Below, in pieces: positions 33,903 to 44,483 of a stretch of 64,000 nucleotides of DNA. Source of the DNA: a virus (Duplodnaviria; Caudoviricetes); IMG/VR virus record IMGVR_UViG_3300037067_012588, one strand, 5' to 3'. The number at the start of each line of letters is the position of its first letter. The first letter of the stretch is position 1. The position numbers and the translations under genes were made by a program. The notes under the pieces are model-generated. The model did not search any database. It was not told the origin of the DNA and saw nothing but the letters and a program-made list of their open reading frames with translations.

Positions 33903-36900
33903 TTATTCCAAAACAACAGTTGGAACAGGAAGGGTTCCTGCATACGTCGCCCAACCTGTCAACGGCGGCAACTCTGTATCTTCCTGCTTCACATACCACG
34001 ACCCACCAACCTGCCCAAGAACAGAACCAATCAACCAAGCCCCTATTCCGTTGTTCCAGAAAATAAATGCCTCACCAGAACCCTTTACGAAATAAGGCTT
34101 TCCATCATTCAAGTCGAACATTTCCTGTGTGTATGATCCATTTGCACTCGTTGTTCCAGCATCCGAAAGAACATATACAATCGGCATCGCAGATGAACTA
34201 CTTGATGAACTAGAGCTAAAACTATCACTAAACGATGAACTTGACGATGAGCTACTTGATGACCAATTCTCATCCGATGAAGAACTCGAACTACTAAGAG
34301 ACTTCGAATATGAACTCGATGAGCTACTTTCGCTCAAAGAACTCGACGAACTGCTCGAACTCAACGAAGAACTGCTTGAGCTTGACGATGAAAGGCTAAA
34401 GCTCGATGAGCTAAACGAAGAACTCGAACTACTAAAGCTCGACGATGAACTCGAACTACTAAAGATGTAAGGTGTCTTCTGTGGAACAAAATTCGTCAAC
34501 CATCTCGCAACATTTGAAATACGAATCTCATCCATATATCCCTTGAAGTACCCCATCGATGTCGGAGAAAGAGAAGCCGAACCATTTGCTCCAATCCACA
34601 TCTGTCCAGAATAGATATTTGGAAGAGCAGTCGTTGTAATCTTGTTCATCTCCTGTCCGTCACGATAAATCGTGATAGTATTTCCATGACGTACAACAGC
34701 GACATGATACCAAACATTGCTCGACCAATTATTGCGCCCAGGACCAGAACCCAATGAGAATGTTGCCCCACCAGAGCTATTATGCCACGCAAACTGAACA
34801 CCACTCTGTCCATCATAAGCAAGATACCAACGATTACTCGCATCCTGATACTTACCAATCAGATACTGACCAGCCGTATCTGCCCAATCCATGCGAATCC
34901 AGAAATCAATCGTGAAATCAGACCTCAAATCCCAATCAACACTGTCTGCAATCTTGGCATACGAATAATTTGCCCCTTCGAAATACAAAGAGCCACCGAA
35001 ATCTCTACGAACTTTCGGAACCGAAATCATGTTGCCCGACAGAACCAAAGCTCGACGATAATCAGACATATCGCCTTCACGCTGAATGAGAAGGCGAGTA
35101 TCACCGTCTGTAGTGTATGGGAACTCCTGTGGAACAAAGTTTCCAGACCAACGAGCAACACCTGAAACACGAACCTCATCCATCAGTGCCGTCATGAAGT
35201 CAGCATCACCAAGAAGCGTTCCACCGATATATCCAGCCGCCGAAGCAGACAAATCCGAAGCCAAGGCAAATGACTCAACCAAGTTACCATTCAAATATAG
35301 CCCTAAAGAGCCAGCAAGGCGCACAGCAGCGACATGGAGCCACTTACCCCGTACTGTTGGAACAAATCCAGTCGAAAGCGTTGTGGTGGCTCCTGCGTCC
35401 CTTGTTACGAATGAAAGAAGGGTACGTTCGTCCTCAATTCCATATTGAACCACTTCTGGATTAAATGAACTCGTCCACTTCGCCTCACCAAAGACAACAC
35501 GGAACTCATCCACAAATCCCTTCAGGCGACTGAGTCCTTCTCCTCCCCAACGTCCAATGTTCTTTGGCTCCATCTTTGTAATAAGTGTTCCAGAGACCGT
35601 AACATCGACATCCACAACACCATTGATATATGTACGCCAGTTGTTTCCATTTCGAACAAAAGCAATATGCGACCACATATTCAAAGGAAGACTAATCGTT
35701 CCACGACCATTTCCGGCACTGTCGCCGTTCAGTATGCTCCAAGAAGAACCATTTGAACTTGCATACACACTGACGTTTCCAGAACCGTTGTTACTGAAGT
35801 CCAAACCAAGCCAACAATCTGAATTACTTGCAAATAGTGATTGTCTCGAATATGCAGTTGGCATATACCAGAAATCAATGGTGAAATTTGAAGCTCCAAA
35901 TGCAAAATCTGTGCTTGCTGGAATGGAAAGATAAGAAGAACCATCAAACACCATCGACCACTTATTAACGATGACATTGTTGTTTGAAGTCGTTACTGTG
36001 GAATTTGTAATGGCACGATTCTCGGCATAATCCACAAAACCACTATCGACCGCACGAATCAAAGCAATAGTCTTTATCGTCTGAACGTTCAACTTCCACG
36101 ACCCATTAATTGAAGAAGTATTTCCAGACCCAACAACCGTCGAATTGCGAATAGCTGTTCCTGGCAACACCCATGACTCAGCAGTGAAATCACCAGTCCC
36201 AAAATTGAAGGCAGAAGAAGCTGGCGTATAAAGATAACTCCCTCCAGTGAATCTCAACCCAGATTCATCATCAGAGAACAACCCAGCACCAGTCAATTCA
36301 ACAGAGCCATAGTTTGTCAACGTGTGGTTCCAATCAGACTTATCCCCGTCACTCGCAACCAACAACTTCGTCGCCGCATCTCTTGCAGACGAACTACTGC
36401 TTGAGCTAAACGAGAAAGACTCTGAACTTGAATAAGACGAATCAGAACGCTTCGAATAACTTGAACTTGATGATGACCAATCTGTTGCAGATGAAGAATA
36501 TGATGACGAAATCGAATGAGACGAGTCATAAAATTGAACCGTACCATCCTTCTCATCAGCAGCTTCATTCCATGTCAATCCTCCGTCATAACTGACATAG
36601 TTTCCGCTTGCCTCTGGTGTATTCCCAAACCAATAACTCGGCAAACGTGAAGCCTCATCTGTTGGAACCTCTTGCTCGTTCCCAGTGATTGCACGAATGA
36701 ACCGACCACCCATCGACCCAGACGAGAAGCTGTAAGACGAACGACTAATCGATGACGAACTCGAAGAATCAGAACTCCATGATGAGCTAGACGAGGAATG
36801 CGATGGATGCCCATCTGCATAATAATCCCATGTAACCGTAACTGGCCCGCTCGTATGATGAACACTCCAAGGTGTCCTATCTGTCGAATCCTCAACTGCA

Positions 36901-39900
36901 TCTGCCCAAGTGATTCCACCATCATTGCTGATAAAGAACCCATCCTGACGGCGAACGCCAAGAAGAGGAATCGCACCGACAGAAACTTCTTGACGAATTC
37001 CTTCAAAGCCTCTCTGGTCACGAATCACATCGAAATACGGACCAGAAATAGCCGATGAACTGAAGCTGGACGATGAACGGCTCACTGAGGAACGACTCAT
37101 CGATGAACTCGATTGCGAACTGAAACTACTCGATGAACTGCTTGAGCTGAAACTATACTGATTGTTTGTGTAGAACATCCCTACACCATCAGCATACACA
37201 AGAGAAGCATCTATATCCGAGAAAGCCTTATCGTATATAGAAACAGAATCGATACCTCCATTAAAATATTCCTGCCAAGCAGATGCCCATCGACCACGCC
37301 CTATATTGATATTTGCCAACTCATTTGCTGAATAGGATGTGAATGTGGTAGAACGCACCCCGTTTACAAAGAGCTTCAATACGTTTCCATCACGAACAGC
37401 CAAAATATGATGCCAACGTCCAACACCAACAGTCATCGCAGAATCGACACGAGAATAATTTGATGATCCAGTGTTTTCGTTCACATCAAGAATAACTTGA
37501 TTATTTGGATTCAGCTTTATAGAAACAACAGGATATGCCGTCTCAGATGCAGCCGTGAAAATATACTGATACGATGAACCATTTGTTTCTGGTTTCACCC
37601 ACATAGATATTGTCCACTTCTGACCAAACTGATATTCGGAACCCTGCATGTATGTGTCTGTTCCGTTGAACCTTGCGGCTCCGCCATTCTTTCCAACAAT
37701 ATCACGAACAACATTTGGTGATACTGTTAATTCCATTGTACCAATACTATCAAGCTCGTTACCCGTCTGCCCTTCAAGTTCCCAAAGGTGAACAAGACCA
37801 TCAGCCATCGACAATGATTCAGAAGACGATGAACTTGAAACAGAAGACCAAGAAGAACTCGAACTGCTTATCGAGCTGTGCGAATACGATGATGAACTGA
37901 ACGAGTTTGAAGAAGATTCTCCAGGCTCCAAGAACACACGGAAAGCATACTCTCCATCTTCATCGCCCTTATAAGTCGACACCCATGTCGTCCCGCCGTC
38001 ATAAGTCGTAAATAATCCATCTTTCTTGGCAACCAAATCCCAATAAACAGGAGTTGACTCCATCTTTGAATCAGGACGGAATGGAGGTTCGTTCGTTTCA
38101 AGAATGAAATGCTGTCTCTGTTTCACCGAACCTGAAGAAAAACTGTTCGATGAACGACTAATCGACGATGAAGATGACATAGAACTGAATGACATCGATG
38201 AACTGCTCTTCGAAGAACGTGAGCTACTCGATAAAGAAGTTGACGGCAAGGTATCTGTTGTGAACACCTTCCACTGAATAGCATCAACATCATCGCTCGT
38301 CGCTTCAACCCATGTCATACCACCATCAAGAGAGACAAATCTTCCCTGTTGTTTTGCTGCAACCTGAAGTCCAGCATTCAAAACAGCATCAAGCTCGTTT
38401 TTCTTTCCAATGAAATTTCTTCTTGGGTCAACTTCCGCATTCATGAACAGGTCACGGAGAACCATACTGTTCGATGAACTCGATGAACTACTGAAACTCG
38501 AACTGCTAAAACTCGAAGACGAACTTGAACTAGATGAACTTGAGCTATATGATTGAGAATAAGCAGGAGCTTCGTTGATTGTTCCGTTTCTGTAATATGT
38601 CCCGTTGGCGTAAATTGTTCCTCCACCCGAAACAATCACAGCATCCAAAGCAACATTGTAGGTCAACGTCGGAACAGGCTCTGTACCAATCCCAAGTGTC
38701 TCCCAAATAGCGGCAACGGCTCCCTCGATGTCTTTGCCATCATAAGATGTCTTGTACCACTTGATCCCATTCTCTGGTCCTGTTCCAAGATACCAAGACA
38801 AACCAGGTTCATACCACAAACCAACACCACCAGAGTTTGGAGATGATGAAGAAGAAATCGATGACCATGAAGAACTTGAACTGCTGAAGCTCGAAGAACT
38901 ACTCGAACTTGAAGATGAACTTGAAGATGTCCACATGTCCATAGCAGTCAAGTTATTCCAACAAGATGTCCATCCTGTTCCAATACCTTCCGAAAGCATC
39001 TGGGCGTATCCAGAGAAAGGAAGCAGAGACAATGTAAACGTAAAATCTCCAAATACTGTCCAAAGGTCTCCATCAACGAGTTTATACCACGCCCGAATAC
39101 GTTGACCGTCTCTACGGAAGCGCAACGTAACTGGTCCAACAGGAACGACACCTGTTACCTCGCCATTCCACCAATCTGTTGATCCATATCCCCAAGAGGT
39201 TTTCATGGATAAGTCAAAACCCACACCATTTCCACGAATCTCAACTTTGGCATAGTAAACTTCGTCAACATAATAAGCCAATGTCGCAACGCTTCCTATA
39301 TCGATAGCTGTCTCTGCAGAAATCTGCATATCCCAGTCTTGATGCAACGGACGACGCCACTGAATTCCGTAGGCATTATCACTCCATCCCAAACCATCAT
39401 GTTTCAACTCACCGTTAAATTCATTCGGAGTTTGACAATCCCAACAAGTCGAAGTATCCATCGAACCATTCGATGGATGAATGATTTCAAAATCTGCCAA
39501 GTCACAGAATGTATAGTAGAAAATCGGATACTGTGAAGACGACGAGGAACTCGACGGAGAACTTGATGACACTGATGATCTTGAACTTGACGATGAGCTA
39601 CTCGATGTTGAATCGTCAATATTAAAAATATAAACCCCGCCGCAATTTTCATGAGTACCATCATCATACCCAGTTGTTCCAGCGAATACTTCCTTACCAA
39701 GAATCTCCACAGCCCATCCAAGGTTTTCACTTGCACTTCCTGTCAAATCTTGGCAAAGCCCACGCTCAACCCAAACTCCACGAGAATTCTTTGAATCCTT
39801 GAATAGATATACAGCTCCAATGCCACCTTTTTTGTATGACCCAACAGCAACTTGGAAGTTGTCTATCGCAACATCATAACCAAAGCAGTCTCCAACAATC

Positions 39901-42455
39901 GAATCCGAACCCGTAAACGATGAAGCCTGAACCCAAGCTTCTGTCCCAATCGTCCTATTGTATCCATACACAATGCCTTTAGCACTGTTGTACCCAAACG
40001 ACCCAACAATAATCTTGTCATTGTCAATATCAACTGAACATCCATAATATGCATTCGGAAGAACATATTCTGGAGTAAGTTTAGCTGTCTGTTCCCACCA
40101 ATCATACCAATAGTGCCTGAAAACATATGCGGCCCCAACACCACCGTTCGCCAAATATGCACCAACAATCACTCGGCTGTTTGAAATAGCAACAGAATGC
40201 CCAAAGTAATCATTTGGCTGAATGTCGTTCGAAAGCAACTTCGCAGAAAATGTCCACACCTCTACACCATCTGTCAGACGATAAGCATATACGGCTCCCG
40301 TTTCTGTCGATGTGTTTGTGCTAAATGAACTCGATGACGAACTGACAGAGCTTTCACTGCTCGATGACAAAGAAGAACTGGATGAACTTGAAGAAGAGTC
40401 GCTCCAACTCGATGAACTTGAACTAGATGAACTCGAACTGTCAGACCATGAAGAGCTGGAACTGCTTGACCAACTCATATCAGAAGACGAACTCGAAGAA
40501 TCAGAAGAACTCGAAGACCACGATGAAGAACTAAAGCTACTCGATGACCACGATGAAGAGCTAAAGCTACTTGATGCGAAATACTCCTTCGCATTCGAAC
40601 GCTCTGCTCCGACAACAATCACCAAACCTTCAATTCCAACCGATACGCCAAAACGCTGCTGCGGAACGGCATCCCTTGAAAGAAGTTTATCTGTCTGCGT
40701 CCAATCTTCTGTTTCATCCTGCTTCTTGAAGACATAGGCAGCACCAGCCTCTGTACCCTTAGCATTTGTGTTCTTCGGCGCACCGATGACGATATATGGT
40801 AGAGATATAGCCACAGATGCACCAAACCAGTTGCTTGCCCCAACATCACTAGCAACAAGCTTTGAAGTCTGAGTCCAAACACCATTAATCTTCTTAAACA
40901 CATACGCAGAACCAGCATCCGTCTTTCCGTCAACATCGTCATACTGCGACCCAACGACAAGATATTCACCATCGATAGCCAACGAAACACCAAACCGCTC
41001 ATCTTGTTCTGGATCATTCGGAAGAAGAACACTCGACCCAGGAAAGAAAGAACTCGAAGATGACGAACTTGAAGAATTGCTGCTTGAACTCCAACTACTT
41101 GAAGAAAAACTACTTGAAGAATAGGAATACGATGACGAGCTTGATGAACTCAAAGATTCCGATGACCACGACTCTGACGACCACGAAGAACTTGAACTGC
41201 TGAAGCTCGAAGAAGTTGATTCAGATGAACTCGAACTTGAAGGCTGAACAAGATTAATATAGGAATTCTTGTTTCCAACAGTATTTGCTGGAGGGTAATA
41301 ATTCAAGTCTTCTGGGACGGGGTCCAGATTCCACCCACAATGGTAAGGCTGAGACCAATAGGCAATGATATAACTTCCGCTATCGGCAAGATACCCGTAT
41401 TCAGCCGTATCACGACAGATAGTGCTTACGGCATCCATCGTTGACTGACGCTCAACAGCAAAACCATTTTTAGGTCCAATGGTGAATGCAAAACCAGCGT
41501 CCATAACGGAGCCAGTCTTCAGAATAAAACCACCCATAGCAGGACGAACTGCCGCTGCGTTTATGGCATCGATATAACTACCATTCTCGGCATAGAAACC
41601 AATTATGCCACCAATTGCAACAACACCCTCAGCCTCTACGCCTCCCTTTGTTTGAGAATGAACACCATGAGGGAAGTTTTCAAATACAACATTCTGTCCA
41701 AGCCTCAAATATGAATTATCCGAGACAAAAGCTCCACAGATATCGTCTGACGAAGCATTCTTTGAAACAAAGTGAATGCCGTCTACCAACCCAAGAACAC
41801 CTCCACTCCGAAGGTCAATCGCAGAAACATTGTCGCATTCAACTATAACCGCATCCAAGTCGACATATGAACGGACATAACCAAAAACCTCTTCACCGCC
41901 AGACTCCCTAAAGCTCTCGTTCGCATAAACTCGTGTGTAGCCTTCCCACAACTCAAAAGAAGAAACAGTATAGACTCCGTTATTTCCTTGAGTCTCATCA
42001 TAAATCCTAAACGCACAACCAACAGGGAACGATGAACGAACATCGCCCTCAAAAACAACAACCGAATCAGGGTTTGATTGAATGTCAACGATGTTGAAAC
42101 GCAATGTTCCAGATATCACCCCTCGAACATTAATCCTACTTCCACATGGGTGATCTATTGTAAAAGATGTGGCGTTCGAATAAACACCAGGCAACAACTT
42201 CACTGTTACAGTGGCGTTTTCTTCAATCCATTTGTCGTTTATCCAGTCGGCAAACTTAGCGAATGTTCTCCAAGGATTTGTCTCAGAACCATTTCCTGTA
42301 TCGTCATTACCCATTGGACTCAGATAGACAACTTGGTTTGAACTTACAACGGACATCGCCCGCCGCCAAGCCGTTGTTCCGACTCCATCCGCAAAAAGAC
42401 CACGTCCCTCTGGGATACCTTGAGAATCAATCCATTTAGCTTTCAGATTGGCCAT
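33903..42455 (-). CDS. Giant (2850 aa) poly-serine multidomain protein: beta-helix N-terminus, FG-GAP propeller, ConA/LamG domains, Asp-box modules
   Basis: VYLSPMGNDDTGNGSETNPW start, FG-GAP repeats, LamG motifs, four [ST]xDGGxTW motifs, poly-Ser tracts between ~34192 and 41240. Confidence 0.85.
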   Translation of the reverse strand: MANLKAKWIDSQGIPEGRGLFADGVGTTAWRRAMSVVSSNQVVYLSPMGNDDTGNGSETNPWRTFAKFADWINDKWIEENATVTVKLLPGVYSNATSFTIDHPCGSRINVRGVISGTLRFNIVDIQSNPDSVVVFEGDVRSSFPVGCAFRIYDETQGNNGVYTVSSFELWEGYTRVYANESFRESGGEEVFGYVRSYVDLDAVIVECDNVSAIDLRSGGVLGLVDGIHFVSKNASSDDICGAFVSDNSYLRLGQNVVFENFPHGVHSQTKGGVEAEGVVAIGGIIGFYAENGSYIDAINAAAVRPAMGGFILKTGSVMDAGFAFTIGPKNGFAVERQSTMDAVSTICRDTAEYGYLADSGSYIIAYWSQPYHCGWNLDPVPEDLNYYPPANTVGNKNSYINLVQPSSSSSSESTSSSFSSSSSSWSSESWSSESLSSSSSSSYSYSSSSFSSSSWSSSSNSSSSSSSSSFFPGSSVLLPNDPEQDERFGVSLAIDGEYLVVGSQYDDVDGKTDAGSAYVFKKINGVWTQTSKLVASDVGASNWFGASVAISLPYIVIGAPKNTNAKGTEAGAAYVFKKQDETEDWTQTDKLLSRDAVPQQRFGVSVGIEGLVIVVGAERSNAKEYFASSSFSSSSWSSSSFSSSSWSSSSSDSSSSSSDMSWSSSSSSSWSDSSSSSSSSSSSWSDSSSSSSSSSLSSSSESSVSSSSSSFSTNTSTETGAVYAYRLTDGVEVWTFSAKLLSNDIQPNDYFGHSVAISNSRVIVGAYLANGGVGAAYVFRHYWYDWWEQTAKLTPEYVLPNAYYGCSVDIDNDKIIVGSFGYNSAKGIVYGYNRTIGTEAWVQASSFTGSDSIVGDCFGYDVAIDNFQVAVGSYKKGGIGAVYLFKDSKNSRGVWVERGLCQDLTGSASENLGWAVEILGKEVFAGTTGYDDGTHENCGGVYIFNIDDSTSSSSSSSSRSSVSSSSPSSSSSSSQYPIFYYTFCDLADFEIIHPSNGSMDTSTCWDCQTPNEFNGELKHDGLGWSDNAYGIQWRRPLHQDWDMQISAETAIDIGSVATLAYYVDEVYYAKVEIRGNGVGFDLSMKTSWGYGSTDWWNGEVTGVVPVGPVTLRFRRDGQRIRAWYKLVDGDLWTVFGDFTFTLSLLPFSGYAQMLSEGIGTGWTSCWNNLTAMDMWTSSSSSSSSSSSSSFSSSSSSWSSISSSSSPNSGGVGLWYEPGLSWYLGTGPENGIKWYKTSYDGKDIEGAVAAIWETLGIGTEPVPTLTYNVALDAVIVSGGGTIYANGTYYRNGTINEAPAYSQSYSSSSSSSSSSSSFSSSSFSSSSSSSNSMVLRDLFMNAEVDPRRNFIGKKNELDAVLNAGLQVAAKQQGRFVSLDGGMTWVEATSDDVDAIQWKVFTTDTLPSTSLSSSSRSSKSSSSMSFSSMSSSSSISRSSNSFSSGSVKQRQHFILETNEPPFRPDSKMESTPVYWDLVAKKDGLFTTYDGGTTWVSTYKGDEDGEYAFRVFLEPGESSSNSFSSSSYSHSSISSSSSSWSSVSSSSSSESLSMADGLVHLWELEGQTGNELDSIGTMELTVSPNVVRDIVGKNGGAARFNGTDTYMQGSEYQFGQKWTISMWVKPETNGSSYQYIFTAASETAYPVVSIKLNPNNQVILDVNENTGSSNYSRVDSAMTVGVGRWHHILAVRDGNVLKLFVNGVRSTTFTSYSANELANINIGRGRWASAWQEYFNGGIDSVSIYDKAFSDIDASLVYADGVGMFYTNNQYSFSSSSSSSSFSSQSSSSMSRSSVSRSSSSFSSSAISGPYFDVIRDQRGFEGIRQEVSVGAIPLLGVRRQDGFFISNDGGITWADAVEDSTDRTPWSVHHTSGPVTVTWDYYADGHPSHSSSSSSWSSDSSSSSSISRSSYSFSSGSMGGRFIRAITGNEQEVPTDEASRLPSYWFGNTPEASGNYVSYDGGLTWNEAADEKDGTVQFYDSSHSISSSYSSSATDWSSSSSSYSKRSDSSYSSSESFSFSSSSSSSARDAATKLLVASDGDKSDWNHTLTNYGSVELTGAGLFSDDESGLRFTGGSYLYTPASSAFNFGTGDFTAESWVLPGTAIRNSTVVGSGNTSSINGSWKLNVQTIKTIALIRAVDSGFVDYAENRAITNSTVTTSNNNVIVNKWSMVFDGSSYLSIPASTDFAFGASNFTIDFWYMPTAYSRQSLFASNSDCWLGLDFSNNGSGNVSVYASSNGSSWSILNGDSAGNGRGTISLPLNMWSHIAFVRNGNNWRTYINGVVDVDVTVSGTLITKMEPKNIGRWGGEGLSRLKGFVDEFRVVFGEAKWTSSFNPEVVQYGIEDERTLLSFVTRDAGATTTLSTGFVPTVRGKWLHVAAVRLAGSLGLYLNGNLVESFALASDLSASAAGYIGGTLLGDADFMTALMDEVRVSGVARWSGNFVPQEFPYTTDGDTRLLIQREGDMSDYRRALVLSGNMISVPKVRRDFGGSLYFEGANYSYAKIADSVDWDLRSDFTIDFWIRMDWADTAGQYLIGKYQDASNRWYLAYDGQSGVQFAWHNSSGGATFSLGSGPGRNNWSSNVWYHVAVVRHGNTITIYRDGQEMNKITTTALPNIYSGQMWIGANGSASLSPTSMGYFKGYMDEIRISNVARWLTNFVPQKTPYIFSSSSSSSSFSSSSSSFSSSSFSLSSSSSSSSSLSSSSSSSSLSESSSSSSYSKSLSSSSSSSDENWSSSSSSSSSSFSDSFSSSSSSSSSAMPIVYVLSDAGTTSANGSYTQEMFDLNDGKPYFVKGSGEAFIFWNNGIGAWLIGSVLGQVGGSWYVKQEDTELPPLTGWATYAGTLPVPTVVLE

Positions 42456-42466
42456 GTTCTATTCCC

Positions 42467-43153
42467 CTAAACCTTATACGGGTATATGATTTGAATCGTG
42501 TCGCCCTCAACGATATTCCCAGTCAAAGGAACAGTGGGCTGACCATAATTCTGAAAAACTATACGCTTGATTGTTGAAGAAAGCTGAACTTGAAAATCAG
42601 GATACGTTCCCCAAACATTCAACATGTTGTCCGCATTCAACTGCTCAATACCACCAAGAACATTGACACGAACGAGTTTCGCATCAAGTATTTCCGGAGA
42701 AAGAGTTGAGATATCTACAAATCCTTGAGACATATCATCCGTAGTAATCGTGTGAGGAAGAACGTTTTCACGAACACCTCCAAGATTCTCATCGATAATT
42801 TCACGATTTGTCTCATCATACAAAGCACGAAACTGATCAGGAACAGTCGCCGTACCAACACGAGCAAGCTTCCAGTTTGGAGTAGGAGTAAAGACAACCC
42901 CTCGCCCTTCCTCTGGTGACTTCAGAGTCTTCCTCAAATCCTCAACAATGAGAACGTAATTCTGTGACGAATACTTTGCAGCAATGCTAAAAACACTCTG
43001 TTCATTGTATTCTGAATCACTGATAATATCCCCAACAGAAATCTCATCCGAAGTCGCCTCATCCAAATAGATATTGATTTGCGACAAGAGATTTCCCCTT
43101 GGCGACATGGCAACCTTGGCTTTTGGAGATAGATAACAATTTGCCGTCACCAT
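42467..43153 (-). CDS. Hypothetical virion protein
   Basis: 228-aa ORF in operon; ends in GDTIQIIY, a C-terminal strand common in tail-associated beta-domains. Confidence 0.6.
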   Translation of the reverse strand: MVTANCYLSPKAKVAMSPRGNLLSQINIYLDEATSDEISVGDIISDSEYNEQSVFSIAAKYSSQNYVLIVEDLRKTLKSPEEGRGVVFTPTPNWKLARVGTATVPDQFRALYDETNREIIDENLGGVRENVLPHTITTDDMSQGFVDISTLSPEILDAKLVRVNVLGGIEQLNADNMLNVWGTYPDFQVQLSSTIKRIVFQNYGQPTVPLTGNIVEGDTIQIIYPYKV

Positions 43154-43156
43154 ATT

Positions 43157-44467
43157 TTAGCCCTCGCTCGATGAAGATTCATAATAAGATGATGATGAAG
43201 AATATTCATATAGGCTTTCAGATGACGAGCTTGAAGAATAACTCGACGAACTGAACGAACTTGAAGACGAAGACGATGCATTCGAAGTAGGAAGAGTTGT
43301 CATCAGAACCAAAAACCTCACCCTATCTGCCGTCACATTACGAATCTCAAATGTTGTAATCGGATTCAAAGTAAGGTCTGAAGAAATTTTCGGCGACCAA
43401 AGCTGATATGAACGCTCGGCAACAGCCGAGACAACCACGTCTTCTCCGTTCTTTCCAACAGGCGCTGTAACCGTTCTGATAGTCGTATATGGGCAAGCAT
43501 ATGATGGATAGGCAACATCACCTGGAGCATCCATTGGAGTGAACCCAGCAAGAACAGGAACAAGATTCTGAACACTATGGGTAATTGTGATGTTTTTGGA
43601 ATCGTTATCCCATACCCCAGACCATCCGTCTGGCATCTCAAACACTTCCAACCCAGCCAACCGATATACATCTAGCGAGAATCGAACCAAACGGAAATCT
43701 GTTGCCCAACTCCCGATATCGGAACCTATCGCCGTATAAACAGAACCAACTCCAGGCCAGCCGCCTCCGTGCGGTGTATTATCGGGTGCAATTTGTGACA
43801 TCCGAGAGGTTGTTACACCTCCAGAAACCTCCGACTGCATCAATCCGATATAAACCCAGCAATCCAAGAATCCAGGATTGAAAGAAGAGTCACCTACAGG
43901 ATTCGCCACACTTGCTGGCGGATTCTCCTGATAGATAATCCCTCCGTATTCATACAAAATCCAACTGTTCGCAGCCAACGGCTCGATAACTCGCATTTGT
44001 TGGTCATAGAGAGTTACACCAAACGTTGAACCACCAAGTGCTGCTGGAACAATCTGAATACCACCCTGAGTATCGACCAACTTTGTTCCAGGAGCCCAAC
44101 CCCATGCAGGAGGTGCGGGTGGCGTCGCTATTGGACGAAAGTTCGACCCAGTACCAGTTCTTACAGCAGTGAAATAATCTGACGGCAACTCAGCAGAAAA
44201 TCCATGAACACCAGCATTTGTTCCGCCCGTTGTCTCGGTTCCAGGAATAGGACGTAGAAGCAATCTTACACGTTCAACAATACCATTCGTCAATGTATAA
44301 GGAGCCTCACCAACAGAAACTGTTGGAATTGTTTGTCCAAACAAAGAACTCGCCTTAACAGAAAATCCTGTCCCAAAATCCTCATTGGCAACAAGAGCTT
44401 TGTTCGGAGAAGTATGTGCTACCCCGAACATTTTCTTAAAGGCTATCAGTGCGTTGTCCATAGACAT
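43157..44467 (-). CDS. Hypothetical virion protein with C-terminal poly-Ser tail
   Basis: 436 aa; ends SSSSSSSFSSSSYSSSSSSESLYEYSSSSSYYESSSSEG. Confidence 0.65.
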   Translation of the reverse strand: MSMDNALIAFKKMFGVAHTSPNKALVANEDFGTGFSVKASSLFGQTIPTVSVGEAPYTLTNGIVERVRLLLRPIPGTETTGGTNAGVHGFSAELPSDYFTAVRTGTGSNFRPIATPPAPPAWGWAPGTKLVDTQGGIQIVPAALGGSTFGVTLYDQQMRVIEPLAANSWILYEYGGIIYQENPPASVANPVGDSSFNPGFLDCWVYIGLMQSEVSGGVTTSRMSQIAPDNTPHGGGWPGVGSVYTAIGSDIGSWATDFRLVRFSLDVYRLAGLEVFEMPDGWSGVWDNDSKNITITHSVQNLVPVLAGFTPMDAPGDVAYPSYACPYTTIRTVTAPVGKNGEDVVVSAVAERSYQLWSPKISSDLTLNPITTFEIRNVTADRVRFLVLMTTLPTSNASSSSSSSFSSSSYSSSSSSESLYEYSSSSSYYESSSSEG

Positions 44468-44483
44468 AAGAACCCCCCACGAC

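Noticed and set aside
34129-34470. Plus-strand acidic ORFs rich in E/L/D (also 17465, 22319, 23807, 25973, 40312 and others)
   Set aside because: Antisense shadows of poly-Ser codons; they coincide with Ser tracts and run against the uniform gene orientation.
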